Origin: Coprobacillus sp. CAG:605
GTDB lineage: Bacteria > Bacillota_I > Bacilli_A > RF39 > UBA660
Length of the DNA stretch: 64,000 nucleotides
Assembly (NCBI GenBank): GCA_000433255.1
Contig: HF998225.1
Span: forward strand, 19,063-83,062
Direction: 5' to 3'
The position numbers and the translations under genes were made by a program. This document shows, one piece after another, positions 43,659 to 53,255 of this stretch. Position 1 is the first letter of the stretch; each line of letters begins with the position of its first letter. The notes under the pieces were generated by a model. That model saw only the letters and a list, made by a program, of their open reading frames with translations. It made no database searches and was not told the DNA's origin.

Positions 43659-44346
43659 GAACCTTATAACTTCCTTTCTCTACATCGCTAACCTTTACAC
43701 CATTTTCAATGGTAATAACACGTTTCTTCATCCGGTTAACAATATCCTTATCATGAGTTGCCATTACAACTGTAGTGCCTAAATCTTTATTAATGTCATT
43801 TATAACGTCCATAATTTCCTTAGAAGTATCGGGATCCAAATTTCCGGTCGGTTCATCACATATCAATAATTTTGGTTGATTTACTATTGCTCTTGCAATA
43901 CATACACGCTGCTGCTCTCCACCAGAAAGCTCTCTTGGAAAAGACCTGGTCTTTTCTTTCAAACCAACTCGTTCTAGCGCCTTTAATACTCGCGGTTTAA
44001 TCTCACTAGATTTCATACCTATTGCTTCTAACCCAAAGGCTACATTTTCATATACATTAAGCTTTGGTAACAATTTAAAATCTTGGAATACCACTCCTAA
44101 TTTTCTTCTTAACTTATATACTTTACCATTTCTTAACTTAGAAACATTTATCCCCCCAACAAAAACTTCTCCTCTTGTTGGTTTCTCCTCTCGATAAAGC
44201 ATTTTTATCAAAGTAGATTTCCCTGAAGCAGTCGCTCCAATAACAAAGACAAATTCGCCTTTCTTAATCTCTAAGTTTAAATCGGCAATGGCTGTAACTC
44301 CATTTTTGTACACTTTGGAGCAATTTTTAATTTCAATAAACTTCAT
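43645..44346 (-). CDS. ftsE: Cell-division ATP-binding protein FtsE
   Basis: Walker A GATASGKST, the signature LSGGEQQR, and Walker B LLICDEPTGNLD are present. Confidence 0.92.
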   Translation of the reverse strand: MKFIEIKNCSKVYKNGVTAIADLNLEIKKGEFVFVIGATASGKSTLIKMLYREEKPTRGEVFVGGINVSKLRNGKVYKLRRKLGVVFQDFKLLPKLNVYENVAFGLEAIGMKSSEIKPRVLKALERVGLKEKTRSFPRELSGGEQQRVCIARAIVNQPKLLICDEPTGNLDPDTSKEIMDVINDINKDLGTTVVMATHDKDIVNRMKKRVITIENGVKVSDVEKGSYKVHENN

Positions 44347-44377
44347 TTAATACCACCTTACCATTATTATCATAACA

Positions 44378-44421
44378 CAAAAAAAAGAAGATTTCATCTC
44401 CAATAATAGGAAATTCTTCTT
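44378..44421 (-). terminator. Strong rho-independent terminator after the YitT-family gene
   Basis: An 11-bp stem AAGAAGA(A)UUUC / GAAAUCUUCUU with one bulge is followed by U8. Confidence 0.8.
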
Positions 44422-44432
44422 CTTTACGTTGA

Positions 44433-45338
44433 CTAAATAGGTAAAAATGTATTTTTTTCTTTTTTAACCCCACCACTAACTTCATAACAATCTGTTATAA
44501 CAAAGAAAGCATCAGGATCAATTGCTAGTATCATTTCTCTAAAAGCATAATATTCTCTTGTTGGCACTACTACCATAAGCATTTTTCTTGGTGTTAATTT
44601 AAAGCCACCTTCAGTATGAATTATTGTCATACCACTTTCTAAATCATCTAAAACAAACTTTTTAATCTTAGCAGTCTTCTTAGAATAGATAAAGAACATC
44701 TTACTATTAGATATTCCTATCAATATTTTATCAGTTATATTAGCACAAACAACATTTAAAATTATTGAATATATTACCGAAGGAATTCCTAAAACTAAGC
44801 CTCCTAATAAAACTATTATCACATTTTCTATTAACTGACTTGTTCCCTCTGTTAACCTTTGAAACTTACTAATCATTTTCATAATTAAATCGCCACCGCC
44901 AGTTGTAAAACCAGCTTTATAAATCAAACCATTTCCTACACCAATTATTCCCCCACATAAAATAATAGTAATCAAAATATTTTGAAATTTAAAATGTGGA
45001 CTTAGAAATGTTGCTAAAGGCTCCACTAACATTATTGCCACCGGATACAATATAGCACCAACTACACTTCGCATCACCTGCTCTTTATCTAGGGCAAAAT
45101 AACTAATTATAAGAAGAATAACACTACTTTCTAAGATAAATACCGATGGTTTTAACCCAAATAGTTCTTTAAAAATAATTGCCAGCCCACTAGTACCCCC
45201 AATATTAAAATTATTAGGAACCACTAATAGGTTATAATTTAGAGCTAACAAAAAAACACCACATAAAAACGAAACAATTCTTTGAACTAAATTTCTCTTT
45301 AATATCTCTTTCTTTAAGGTTTCAAATGTCATATCCAT
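44433..45338 (-). CDS. YitT-family membrane protein (DUF2179 C-terminal domain)
   Basis: Five TMs with a GGTSG motif are followed by a soluble C-terminal domain (GMTIIHTEGGF...VVPTREY...I..IDP.AF). Confidence 0.75.
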   Translation of the reverse strand: MDMTFETLKKEILKRNLVQRIVSFLCGVFLLALNYNLLVVPNNFNIGGTSGLAIIFKELFGLKPSVFILESSVILLIISYFALDKEQVMRSVVGAILYPVAIMLVEPLATFLSPHFKFQNILITIILCGGIIGVGNGLIYKAGFTTGGGDLIMKMISKFQRLTEGTSQLIENVIIVLLGGLVLGIPSVIYSIILNVVCANITDKILIGISNSKMFFIYSKKTAKIKKFVLDDLESGMTIIHTEGGFKLTPRKMLMVVVPTREYYAFREMILAIDPDAFFVITDCYEVSGGVKKEKNTFLPI

Positions 45339-45411
45339 AGCAACACCTACTATACTAAGTATACTATATTTTAACTCTTTTGCATATATTTAATCGAGGT
45401 GAAAATTTTAA

Positions 45412-45774
45412 ATGAATGGAACATATTATCAAAATCCGACTTTTCCCCAAAATAACAATAACTTTGAAACACCAATAACTAATAAAACTCCTCCAGGAAA
45501 TATTAGTTCAATGCCAATGGAACAAAGTTACATTGAAAACATCTTACGTTTAAATAAAGGAAAAATGGTTAAAGCATACGTCAGTTTCCCAGACTCAACC
45601 GAATGGCGTAATAAAATATTTGCTGGTCGTATCGAAGAAGCTGGCCGCGACCACTTAATAATCAGTAATCCCAATACTGGAGAATGGGACTTAATCTTAA
45701 TGATTTACTTAAATTATGTTACATTTGATGAGCGCATTAACTACTCTCATGATTATTCGGAAAAAACTTTCTAG
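45412..45774 (+). CDS. gerQ: Spore coat protein GerQ
   Basis: MEQSYIENILRLNKGK...F.GRIEEAGRDHLIISNP...MIYLNYVTFDE closely matches the B. subtilis GerQ (YwdL) C-terminal region recalled from memory. Confidence 0.85.
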   Translation: MNGTYYQNPTFPQNNNNFETPITNKTPPGNISSMPMEQSYIENILRLNKGKMVKAYVSFPDSTEWRNKIFAGRIEEAGRDHLIISNPNTGEWDLILMIYLNYVTFDERINYSHDYSEKTF

Positions 45775-45796
45775 AGCGTTATGCTCTTTTTATTTT
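45773..45796 (+). terminator. Terminator after gerQ
   Basis: AGAGC-GTTAT-GCTCT is followed by TTTTATTTT. Confidence 0.6.
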
Positions 45797-46293
45797 AAGT
45801 AATTTATTAACTTTGGTATTTCTAACCCTAAAACCGTTTTCTCCCCATGCCCAGGATAAACATCTATATCTTTGGGATAATTAACCATTTTTTCTAAAGA
45901 ATTTAGCATATCTTCATAAGAACCAGTTGGCAAATCCATTCTCCCCATTGTTCCTTGAAATATAAAATCTCCCGTAAACATCGCCTTATCGTCTTTAAAA
46001 TAAAAAGTTAAAGAATCTTTAGTATGACCAGGTGTCTCTATTACTTCAATATTCCAACCTATATTTGCCAAATCATTTTCTTTAGTAATATTATATTTTT
46101 CTTTCATTTTATCTAATGCACCCACATGGTCAAAGTGATGATGCGTAACTAGTATTCCTACTACCGTTTTAGTAATATTTTCACTTATTCTAATTGCTTC
46201 ATCTCCTGGATCAATAATTATACACTCATTATTTTTCTCTACTATATAACAATTTTCTTCTAATTCGCCTACTACTATTCTTTTGATTTTCAT
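45790..46293 (-). CDS. MBL-fold metallo-hydrolase (glyoxalase II-like, short form)
   Basis: The HHHFDH motif, then ETPGHT and PGHG, are present. Confidence 0.8.
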   Translation of the reverse strand: MKIKRIVVGELEENCYIVEKNNECIIIDPGDEAIRISENITKTVVGILVTHHHFDHVGALDKMKEKYNITKENDLANIGWNIEVIETPGHTKDSLTFYFKDDKAMFTGDFIFQGTMGRMDLPTGSYEDMLNSLEKMVNYPKDIDVYPGHGEKTVLGLEIPKLINYLK

Positions 46294-46369
46294 AATTAAA
46301 CAACCAACCTTTCATACCAATAAAATAACCTAAATAAATTAAAAAAGCAATAACCTATATTAATGGTTA

Positions 46370-47209
46370 CTACTTTATTAATAACAATATAACTTTATAC
46401 CCAATTATGGCTATTTCTAAAGAAACAATACCTGTAGCAAGCTGCAAAATAGCTATCTTTAAAATAAAATACCCCAACACTTTCATTTTAGATATGCCAA
46501 CAACCTCATACATAAAATTATTTTTCTTATCATTCATGTAAATATTAAAAATAGAAAGAAAAAGCAAAATAATAAATACTATTATACATAATACAATAAA
46601 AACATTAAGTAAATTAATAATTCCTTCAAAATTAGCCATAGCTGCTCTAGAATTAAAAATAACTGTATTTCCTATCATTTCCTTATTCATATTCATTAAA
46701 ATACTATTACTTTTTAGCCAGTTCTTCAAAGTAAATATCTTTATTAAACTACTATTCTCTTCCCCCAATATTTTATTAAACTGTTCGCTATTTACTGAAT
46801 AAAATCTAAAGTTATACTTATCTTCTTGCTTATTTTTAACAACAAACAAATTTAAGTATTTTCCATAGTTAAAATCTAATGTATCATTAACATTCAAATC
46901 TTCACTATAACTAGGAACGACTATTTCATTATTCTTTAAACTATCATCTTTAATAAAAATATACTCCTGATTATCAGCATTAACTAAACATCCATCTTCA
47001 ATATTATCAACATCTTTAAAGTGTTTAAGAATTTCAAAGTCTTGTTCATTATCTATATAAACATAAGAATTCTTATTTGCTGCATTATTTAGCCCTATAT
47101 AATAGCACTTAAATAAAAGCAAAATAAACATTATAAAATAAATTGAAGTAAATATAATTATATAGTTTTTTGTTGTTTTTCTTCTGAAAAAAGATTTCAA
47201 TATTAGCAT
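46370..47209 (-). CDS. FtsX-like membrane protein, short (second permease-like component)
   Basis: An N-terminal TM is followed by an approx 170-aa extracytoplasmic region and 3 C-terminal TMs. It overlaps the upstream permease gene by 7 nt. Confidence 0.5.
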   Translation of the reverse strand: MLILKSFFRRKTTKNYIIIFTSIYFIMFILLLFKCYYIGLNNAANKNSYVYIDNEQDFEILKHFKDVDNIEDGCLVNADNQEYIFIKDDSLKNNEIVVPSYSEDLNVNDTLDFNYGKYLNLFVVKNKQEDKYNFRFYSVNSEQFNKILGEENSSLIKIFTLKNWLKSNSILMNMNKEMIGNTVIFNSRAAMANFEGIINLLNVFIVLCIIVFIILLFLSIFNIYMNDKKNNFMYEVVGISKMKVLGYFILKIAILQLATGIVSLEIAIIGYKVILLLIK

Positions 47210-48438
47210 AATTCACCTTTTAACAATCTACTAGTATTTCTTTTTAAAATATTAGTAACTAGCCTTCTATTTACATACACTATAAATAACAAAAGAACTC
47301 CAAAATACATACTAATAAACAATACTGGTACAACAACACTTACACTATTATAAACAAATTCATATAATAAGGTTCTAATTAATATTTGCAAAACTATGTA
47401 GTAAATTACAAAACTAAATATAAAACTTATTCCATAAACTATAATATTTTCCCAAATATCTAAATTTAATATTAGTTTATTTTCAAACCCAACCGCACTT
47501 TGTATTCCATAAACTCTTAATTTTTCCTTAGTCTTTTTAACTATAAAATTATATATAATATTTATACAAACTATTAAAACTATCAAACATATTAAAAGTG
47601 GTATATAAATATATATGAATATAGATTGATTATCTAATACAAAATAATTTTCTACATTATATCCAAGTTCAATTAACTTACTTTTAACTTTAGAAAGATT
47701 ATCTAATTTATCAACTAATACCATTAATCCTTCATACTCATAGTAATCTTCTATTTCATTACCTTCATTATCAACCCCATAACCAATACCACTATATGGT
47801 GAAGCAAGTTTATCATAATCTTTAATATTTACCAAACAAGTATTAATCGAATTAAGTGATTCGTTTTGGTTATAAGTTCCAACAATCTCAAATTGATAAT
47901 TTTGTTCACCTGATTCTGACTTAATCTCTACTTTTTTCCCTATATAATCAAAGCCATTCAACACTTTTGAATAAACAATACCCATATCAAAGTTATCAGC
48001 ATCACTACTCAATGCTAAAGAATGGGGATAAAATTTTTTAGGACATATTATTTTACCTTCTTCCAAAGTATTTTCATCATAACTTGATTTAATATTTCGC
48101 CCTGAAATTAGCGGAAAAATTTGAATAGAGCCTTTTAAATCGTCTACATCAAAATCTTTAACTTTAACAATTGAGCCATTCAAATACTTAGTACTTCCTA
48201 CAAATGTAACATTTTCAATTGAACTAACTTTCAAAATATCATCATTAATATTATCTTCTTTTTGATTTATCGTTAAAGTCCTGTATTCATAATTCTTATT
48301 TATAAGATTATTTTTATAGTTAAATATAGTCCAAGTAATCGTCAATCCAAAGAAAGATATAAGAAGTAAAAACATCAGAATAATCATCATTACTATATTT
48401 CTTTTTTGTAATATTTTTCTTTTTAAGTACCAACTCAT
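47203..48438 (-). CDS. ABC transporter permease, FtsX/MacB-type topology
   Basis: The layout is TM1, a large loop and 3 TMs. It lies 1 nt after the ATPase gene stop. Confidence 0.6.
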   Translation of the reverse strand: MSWYLKRKILQKRNIVMMIILMFLLLISFFGLTITWTIFNYKNNLINKNYEYRTLTINQKEDNINDDILKVSSIENVTFVGSTKYLNGSIVKVKDFDVDDLKGSIQIFPLISGRNIKSSYDENTLEEGKIICPKKFYPHSLALSSDADNFDMGIVYSKVLNGFDYIGKKVEIKSESGEQNYQFEIVGTYNQNESLNSINTCLVNIKDYDKLASPYSGIGYGVDNEGNEIEDYYEYEGLMVLVDKLDNLSKVKSKLIELGYNVENYFVLDNQSIFIYIYIPLLICLIVLIVCINIIYNFIVKKTKEKLRVYGIQSAVGFENKLILNLDIWENIIVYGISFIFSFVIYYIVLQILIRTLLYEFVYNSVSVVVPVLFISMYFGVLLLFIVYVNRRLVTNILKRNTSRLLKGELC

Positions 48439-48439
48439 A

Positions 48440-49105
48440 TTACTTCACCAATTTTCCATTAGCGATTTTAATAATCTTATCGGCATAGCTTTTTACTTCA
48501 TTACTATGGGAAACAACAATTACACATTTACCTTCTTTGCTTAAATCCTTCAAAATTTGAAATATCATTTTTTCATTATCTTCATCTAAATTTCCCGTTG
48601 GTTCATCCGCTAATATAATCTTAGGATTATTAATTAATGCCCTAGCAATTGCTACTCTTTGCTTCTCACCACCACTTAACTGACTAGGAAAATGATTTTT
48701 TCTATCTACTATTCCCACTTTAGTTAAAGCCTCTATTACCATCTCATTTTTCGTTTCTTTACTTAATTCTTTATGAGTAATCAGCGGTAACATTACATTT
48801 TCATACACATTTAAATATTCATCTAAATAAAAATCTTGAAACACAAATCCAACATAATCACGACGTATCTTAGATATTTTATTATTATCAAAATCTTTAA
48901 CCTCTTCACCATTTATCAAGTAAGTACCACTATCAAAGCTTTCCAATAACCCTAAAATACTTATTAAGGTTGTCTTACCACTACCAGAATGACCCATTAT
49001 TCCATAAAAATTATTCATTTCAAAAGTATAGGATACATCATTTAAAGCCATAACTTTTTCGTTTTTAACCACATATACTTTTTTTACATTTTTAAGTTCC
49101 AACAT
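48440..49105 (-). CDS. ABC transporter ATP-binding protein (MacB/LolD-like)
   Basis: Walker A GHSGSGKTT, the signature LSGGEKQR, and Walker B ILADEPTGNLD are present. Confidence 0.9.
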   Translation of the reverse strand: MLELKNVKKVYVVKNEKVMALNDVSYTFEMNNFYGIMGHSGSGKTTLISILGLLESFDSGTYLINGEEVKDFDNNKISKIRRDYVGFVFQDFYLDEYLNVYENVMLPLITHKELSKETKNEMVIEALTKVGIVDRKNHFPSQLSGGEKQRVAIARALINNPKIILADEPTGNLDEDNEKMIFQILKDLSKEGKCVIVVSHSNEVKSYADKIIKIANGKLVK

Positions 49106-49238
49106 TATATCAACTCATTTCTACTATAAGTTTAACAATATTTTTCTAAATTCTCAACTCTCATGTAAAACAATAAAATAAATAATTTCAATTTTAGAAA
49201 ACTATGTTATAATTTATTTAGAATATGAGGTGTTTTTA

Positions 49239-49784
49239 ATGGGACTAATATATGCACTACTCCTAATTTTAATCCTAGCCTGTGTTATAGGCATTATCTA
49301 TATTATTTATTTTAACAAACTACAAGACTGTAAAGTTAAAATTGATGAAGCTGAAAGTATAATTGACGAAGCTTTAAGAGCTAAATATGATACTTTAATA
49401 AAAACTACTAATATCATAAAATCAAGTATTGATGATAACAAAATTAATTTCAAAGACCTTGAAAGTCTTAAAGAAGAAAATATTTCTAACTTTGATTTAG
49501 AACGTAAACTAAATGACTCAATAATCTTAATTGATAAAATCAAAGAAGACTATAAAGAACAAACCGATACTAAAGATTTAAGAAGCTTAAATAATGAAAT
49601 AAAAAGAGCTGATGAAAAAATATCAGCTGCTAAAAAGTATTATAATAAATACGTATCTATTTCTAATGAATTAGTTAGAAAGTTTCCTTCCAACATTATT
49701 GCCAAACTTCATGGTATTACCATTAAAAATTTCTTCGATGGTAAAGACATGAACGACGATATCTTAGATGATTTTAAGTTCTAG
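49239..49784 (+). CDS. lemA: LemA-family membrane protein
   Basis: An N-terminal TM is followed by a helical domain with the LemA-like end YYNKYV...N....KFPSNIIA...G. The start was moved to the ATG after the GAGGTG RBS. Confidence 0.75.
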   Translation: MGLIYALLLILILACVIGIIYIIYFNKLQDCKVKIDEAESIIDEALRAKYDTLIKTTNIIKSSIDDNKINFKDLESLKEENISNFDLERKLNDSIILIDKIKEDYKEQTDTKDLRSLNNEIKRADEKISAAKKYYNKYVSISNELVRKFPSNIIAKLHGITIKNFFDGKDMNDDILDDFKF

Positions 49785-49806
49785 ATTATTTCTAGTTCTT
49801 TTTTTA
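49781..49806 (+). terminator. Terminator after lemA
   Basis: CTAGA-TTATT-TCTAG is followed by TTCTTTTTTT. Confidence 0.6.
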
Positions 49807-49809
49807 TAA

Positions 49810-49853
49810 CTGCCAATCAACAGGTTCAACCCTGCCAATCAACAGGTTCAATC
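49810..49853. repeat. Tandem 22-bp duplication spanning the ung stop codon
   Basis: CTGCCAATCAACAGGTTCAACC at 49810-49831 is followed immediately by CTGCCAATCAACAGGTTCAATC at 49832-49853. Confidence 0.95.
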
Positions 49854-50485
49854 CCATTCTTCTTTAAAAAATCATTTGTTTTAGAAAATGGTTTACTTCC
49901 AAAAAAGCCATAACGACACGAGAATGGTGATGGATGAGCACTAGTTAAAACCAAATGGTGCGGATTTGTTATATAAACTGCCTTTGATTTAGCAAAATTG
50001 CCCCATAAAATAAACACCACCGGTTCTTTTCTTGCATTTAATTTCTTTATTATATAATCAGTCAATGGCTCCCAACCAATATTTTTATGCGACGCAGGTG
50101 TATCTTTCTTTACCGTAAGAACGCTATTTAAAAGTAATACACCCTCATTAGCCCATTTCGTTAAGTCTCCACATACTGGTTCAATTATCCCAATATCATC
50201 ATAAATTTCTTTATAAATATTTTTCAAACTTGGTGGTAACTTAATTCCTTTATGTACCGAGAAAGATAACCCCATAGCTTCTCCTTCACCATGATATGGA
50301 TCTTGCCCCATTATAACAACCTTAACTTTATTATATGGAGTTAATTTCAAAGCCCTAAAAATATCTTCCTTAGAAGGATATATAGTTTCTTTATCATATA
50401 AACTTAATACATGATTATATATCTTTTGAAAATTAGGACTATTCCATATTACTTCTAGTTCCTTATCCCAATCATTTCCTATCAT
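49826..50485 (-). CDS. ung: Uracil-DNA glycosylase (family 1)
   Basis: The motifs VVIMGQDPYHG, GVLLLN and HPSPFS are present. Confidence 0.95.
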   Translation of the reverse strand: MIGNDWDKELEVIWNSPNFQKIYNHVLSLYDKETIYPSKEDIFRALKLTPYNKVKVVIMGQDPYHGEGEAMGLSFSVHKGIKLPPSLKNIYKEIYDDIGIIEPVCGDLTKWANEGVLLLNSVLTVKKDTPASHKNIGWEPLTDYIIKKLNARKEPVVFILWGNFAKSKAVYITNPHHLVLTSAHPSPFSCRYGFFGSKPFSKTNDFLKKNGIEPVDWQG

Positions 50486-50536
50486 ATAAATACCTTCTTT
50501 CTAAACAATTGTATCAAAAAAGTGCCCTAAAAGCAC

Positions 50537-50971
50537 CTATTTATGATATGTTTCATTATTATTTATTTTAAAAGTACGATATATCTGTTCTAATAATATT
50601 CCTCTAAATAATCCATGGGGAAAAGTCATTTTTGACATCGATACAAGTAAATTAGCGCGTTTTTTAATATCATCAGCTAACCCATAAGATCCACCAATAA
50701 CAAAATCTATCGTTCCATAACTATTAAATGTATTATCAATTAACTTAGCCATTCCAACTGAATCATACATCTTTCCTTCCAAAGCCATAGCTATTACAAA
50801 ATCATTTGGTTTTATATATTTACTAAGTAATATCGCTTCTTGTTCCATATTAGAATCTTTAACTTCAATAATCTCCATTTTATGATATCTACTTATCCTT
50901 TTAGCATAATCATTTATAAGTTCATTTAAATAACTCTCTTTAATCTTTCCTACACATAATATTTGAATCAT
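50537..50971 (-). CDS. rlmH: 23S rRNA (pseudouridine1915-N3)-methyltransferase
   Basis: A SPOUT fold with VGKIK...Y..R...........IGGS.G....................FPH......L.EQ.YR. Confidence 0.88.
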   Translation of the reverse strand: MIQILCVGKIKESYLNELINDYAKRISRYHKMEIIEVKDSNMEQEAILLSKYIKPNDFVIAMALEGKMYDSVGMAKLIDNTFNSYGTIDFVIGGSYGLADDIKKRANLLVSMSKMTFPHGLFRGILLEQIYRTFKINNNETYHK

Positions 50972-51741
50972 AAAGTTATTACCTCAGACTTTTCTTTCTG
51001 ACTAGCACATTTAATATCATCAAAATCTACATTATATTCTTTAAATACATTATGAATTGTATCCATAGCAGCTTCCGGAGTATTATTATGTTCCGATAAG
51101 TGCATTAGAATTATTTTCTTCGTATCCACTCCAACCAATTTTGCCAAATACAACGAAGCATCTTTATTAGATAAATGTCCATAAGGTCCAACAACCCTTG
51201 ATTTCAACCATTTAGGATAACTCCCATTAATAAGCATTTCAATATCATGATTACTTTCAAACAAATACACTGACTTACCTCTAAGTTTAGGAAAATACTT
51301 TTGATTTAAATACCCTGTATCTGTTAAATACACCACTGACTTACCACATTCACTTAAGATAAATCCTTTCGAATCTTTAGTATCATGACTAGTCTTAATT
51401 ACTTCTACTTTTAAAGTATCAACATAAATATCATCATCGTATAACACTAAATTATCATAAGTTTTGATTTTATGTTCCGCTGGTAACTCATCTATCATTC
51501 CTCTTGTCATATAAACTTTAGCATGATACTTCTTAATAAATTGTTCTAAAGCCTTAATATGATCATCATGAATATGCGAAATAAACACCATATCAATATC
51601 ATCAATTAATACTTCTAATTCTAATAATTTTTCTTTTATATACTTTACATTAGTGCCTATATCTAAAAGAAGCTTATGCTGATTAGTCTCAACATAAGTT
51701 ACATTTCCTTTAGACCCACTGGCTAATACACAAACTTTCAT
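50968..51741 (-). CDS. walJ: MBL-fold hydrolase WalJ/YycJ family
   Basis: MKVCVLASGSKGN...HIHDDH...TSHD...HLS are present. The start was moved to the ATG that overlaps the upstream stop (TAATG). Confidence 0.75.
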   Translation of the reverse strand: MKVCVLASGSKGNVTYVETNQHKLLLDIGTNVKYIKEKLLELEVLIDDIDMVFISHIHDDHIKALEQFIKKYHAKVYMTRGMIDELPAEHKIKTYDNLVLYDDDIYVDTLKVEVIKTSHDTKDSKGFILSECGKSVVYLTDTGYLNQKYFPKLRGKSVYLFESNHDIEMLINGSYPKWLKSRVVGPYGHLSNKDASLYLAKLVGVDTKKIILMHLSEHNNTPEAAMDTIHNVFKEYNVDFDDIKCASQKEKSEVITL

Positions 51742-53255
51742 TATTTTAACACCGTAAGTGGATCCAGCCACTTATACCCTTCTATTGAATAAGGTTTACC
51801 CATTGATATACTAATATGTAAATGGGTTCCTGTAACTTGTCCCGTATTACCCATAGTACCAATTTTTTGCTTTCTACTAACTTGGTCTCCGGCGCTTACT
51901 AAAGTTGAATTTAAGTGAGCATACATTGAATATAGACCATTTGGATGCTTAATTATAATAGCGATACCACCACTTGAACCAGCAACACCACGACCAGACG
52001 CAATAACTTCACCATCACCAATAGAATAAATTGGTGAACCAAGACCAGTACCAGTAATATCAACACCTTCATGAGCGGTACGATTAAATAAGTAACGTTT
52101 TCCAAATGGCGACGAAATAGTATAAGGATAATTTGTTGGCCAAGCCCATTCAGAACCATCATCAACCCAATATCCAATATTACCACTAGTTGTTTTCTTA
52201 CCACGAATCACTTTTTCTGTAACCATATTTTTAATTACATAAGAATTTGCCGTATCTACAACAGCACCTTGGTTAGCATCACCATTTATAATCTGCGTTG
52301 TCGTAGCAACTCTTTGAATACCATTAACTCCCGCTCTTTCAATCTTCTTATAAGAAGTTAATTTATCATAATCATATGTTGTTTCCGTTTCATACTTTAT
52401 AGTAACATCTTCTACCTTATAAACATCGTAAACCAATGTTAACTGAGGATTAATCAAAGATATAATAACCTGGTCGCCCTCACCTAATAAGTCATTTTCA
52501 TCTTTATATTGCGAGTTAGCAACTAGAAATTCCGAAACATTCAACTCATTAGCATCCGCAATCGACGCTATCGTATCACCCGGTTTTACCGTATATTCTT
52601 CATACTTAGCATTCTCTCCAAATAATAAAAACTTACTTAGTTCATCAACATCTGTATAAATCTTTTCCTCAGTACTTATATAAGTCTCTTTAATTGAAAT
52701 ATTCTCTTTAAAATAAATATTTAAAATCTTTTGACCCGTACCTTCTATTTCCGCTTGTTTATTATTAATATAATTATTATATTCTTCTTCACTAATAAAT
52801 GACTTAATTACTTTATTTATTGCATCTTCAAATACTTGTTTATCTAAGACATTTATTCTAAATAACGTTTTAGCATCTTCTGTATCAGTACCTGCAGACA
52901 TTACCGTAATTGTATAACCCTTAATTGTAAAATCTTTTGAATCTTTTATCTTATTATATATATCATCAACCGTAGTTATATCATCATCATAAGTAATATA
53001 CTTAGCTATTGAAAACCCATTCGGGGGATATACCTGGTCAACATTATAAGTCTCTTTAATACTAGATTGTTCTTGATTTATTAAAGCATATAACTCTTCC
53101 TGATTATCTATAAGTCCAATCTTTTCCCCATCTAAGTATATTTGATATACTTCTCTAGCTACATCTTGATAATTCTTATGCCAGCCAATTAAAAATATAA
53201 ACACACTCGCAATCAATGTTGTCAAAATCGTAATCGTTTTTGATTTTTTACTCAT
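51741..53255 (-). CDS. Membrane-anchored M23 peptidase with LysM and G5-like domains
   Basis: An N-terminal TM is followed by LysM (YTVKPGDTIASIADANELNVSEFL) and a G5-like segment (ERAGVNGIQRV). The M23 domain has HEGVD and GTHLH. Its start overlaps the dnaB stop by 1 nt. Confidence 0.8.
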   Translation of the reverse strand: MSKKSKTITILTTLIASVFIFLIGWHKNYQDVAREVYQIYLDGEKIGLIDNQEELYALINQEQSSIKETYNVDQVYPPNGFSIAKYITYDDDITTVDDIYNKIKDSKDFTIKGYTITVMSAGTDTEDAKTLFRINVLDKQVFEDAINKVIKSFISEEEYNNYINNKQAEIEGTGQKILNIYFKENISIKETYISTEEKIYTDVDELSKFLLFGENAKYEEYTVKPGDTIASIADANELNVSEFLVANSQYKDENDLLGEGDQVIISLINPQLTLVYDVYKVEDVTIKYETETTYDYDKLTSYKKIERAGVNGIQRVATTTQIINGDANQGAVVDTANSYVIKNMVTEKVIRGKKTTSGNIGYWVDDGSEWAWPTNYPYTISSPFGKRYLFNRTAHEGVDITGTGLGSPIYSIGDGEVIASGRGVAGSSGGIAIIIKHPNGLYSMYAHLNSTLVSAGDQVSRKQKIGTMGNTGQVTGTHLHISISMGKPYSIEGYKWLDPLTVLK

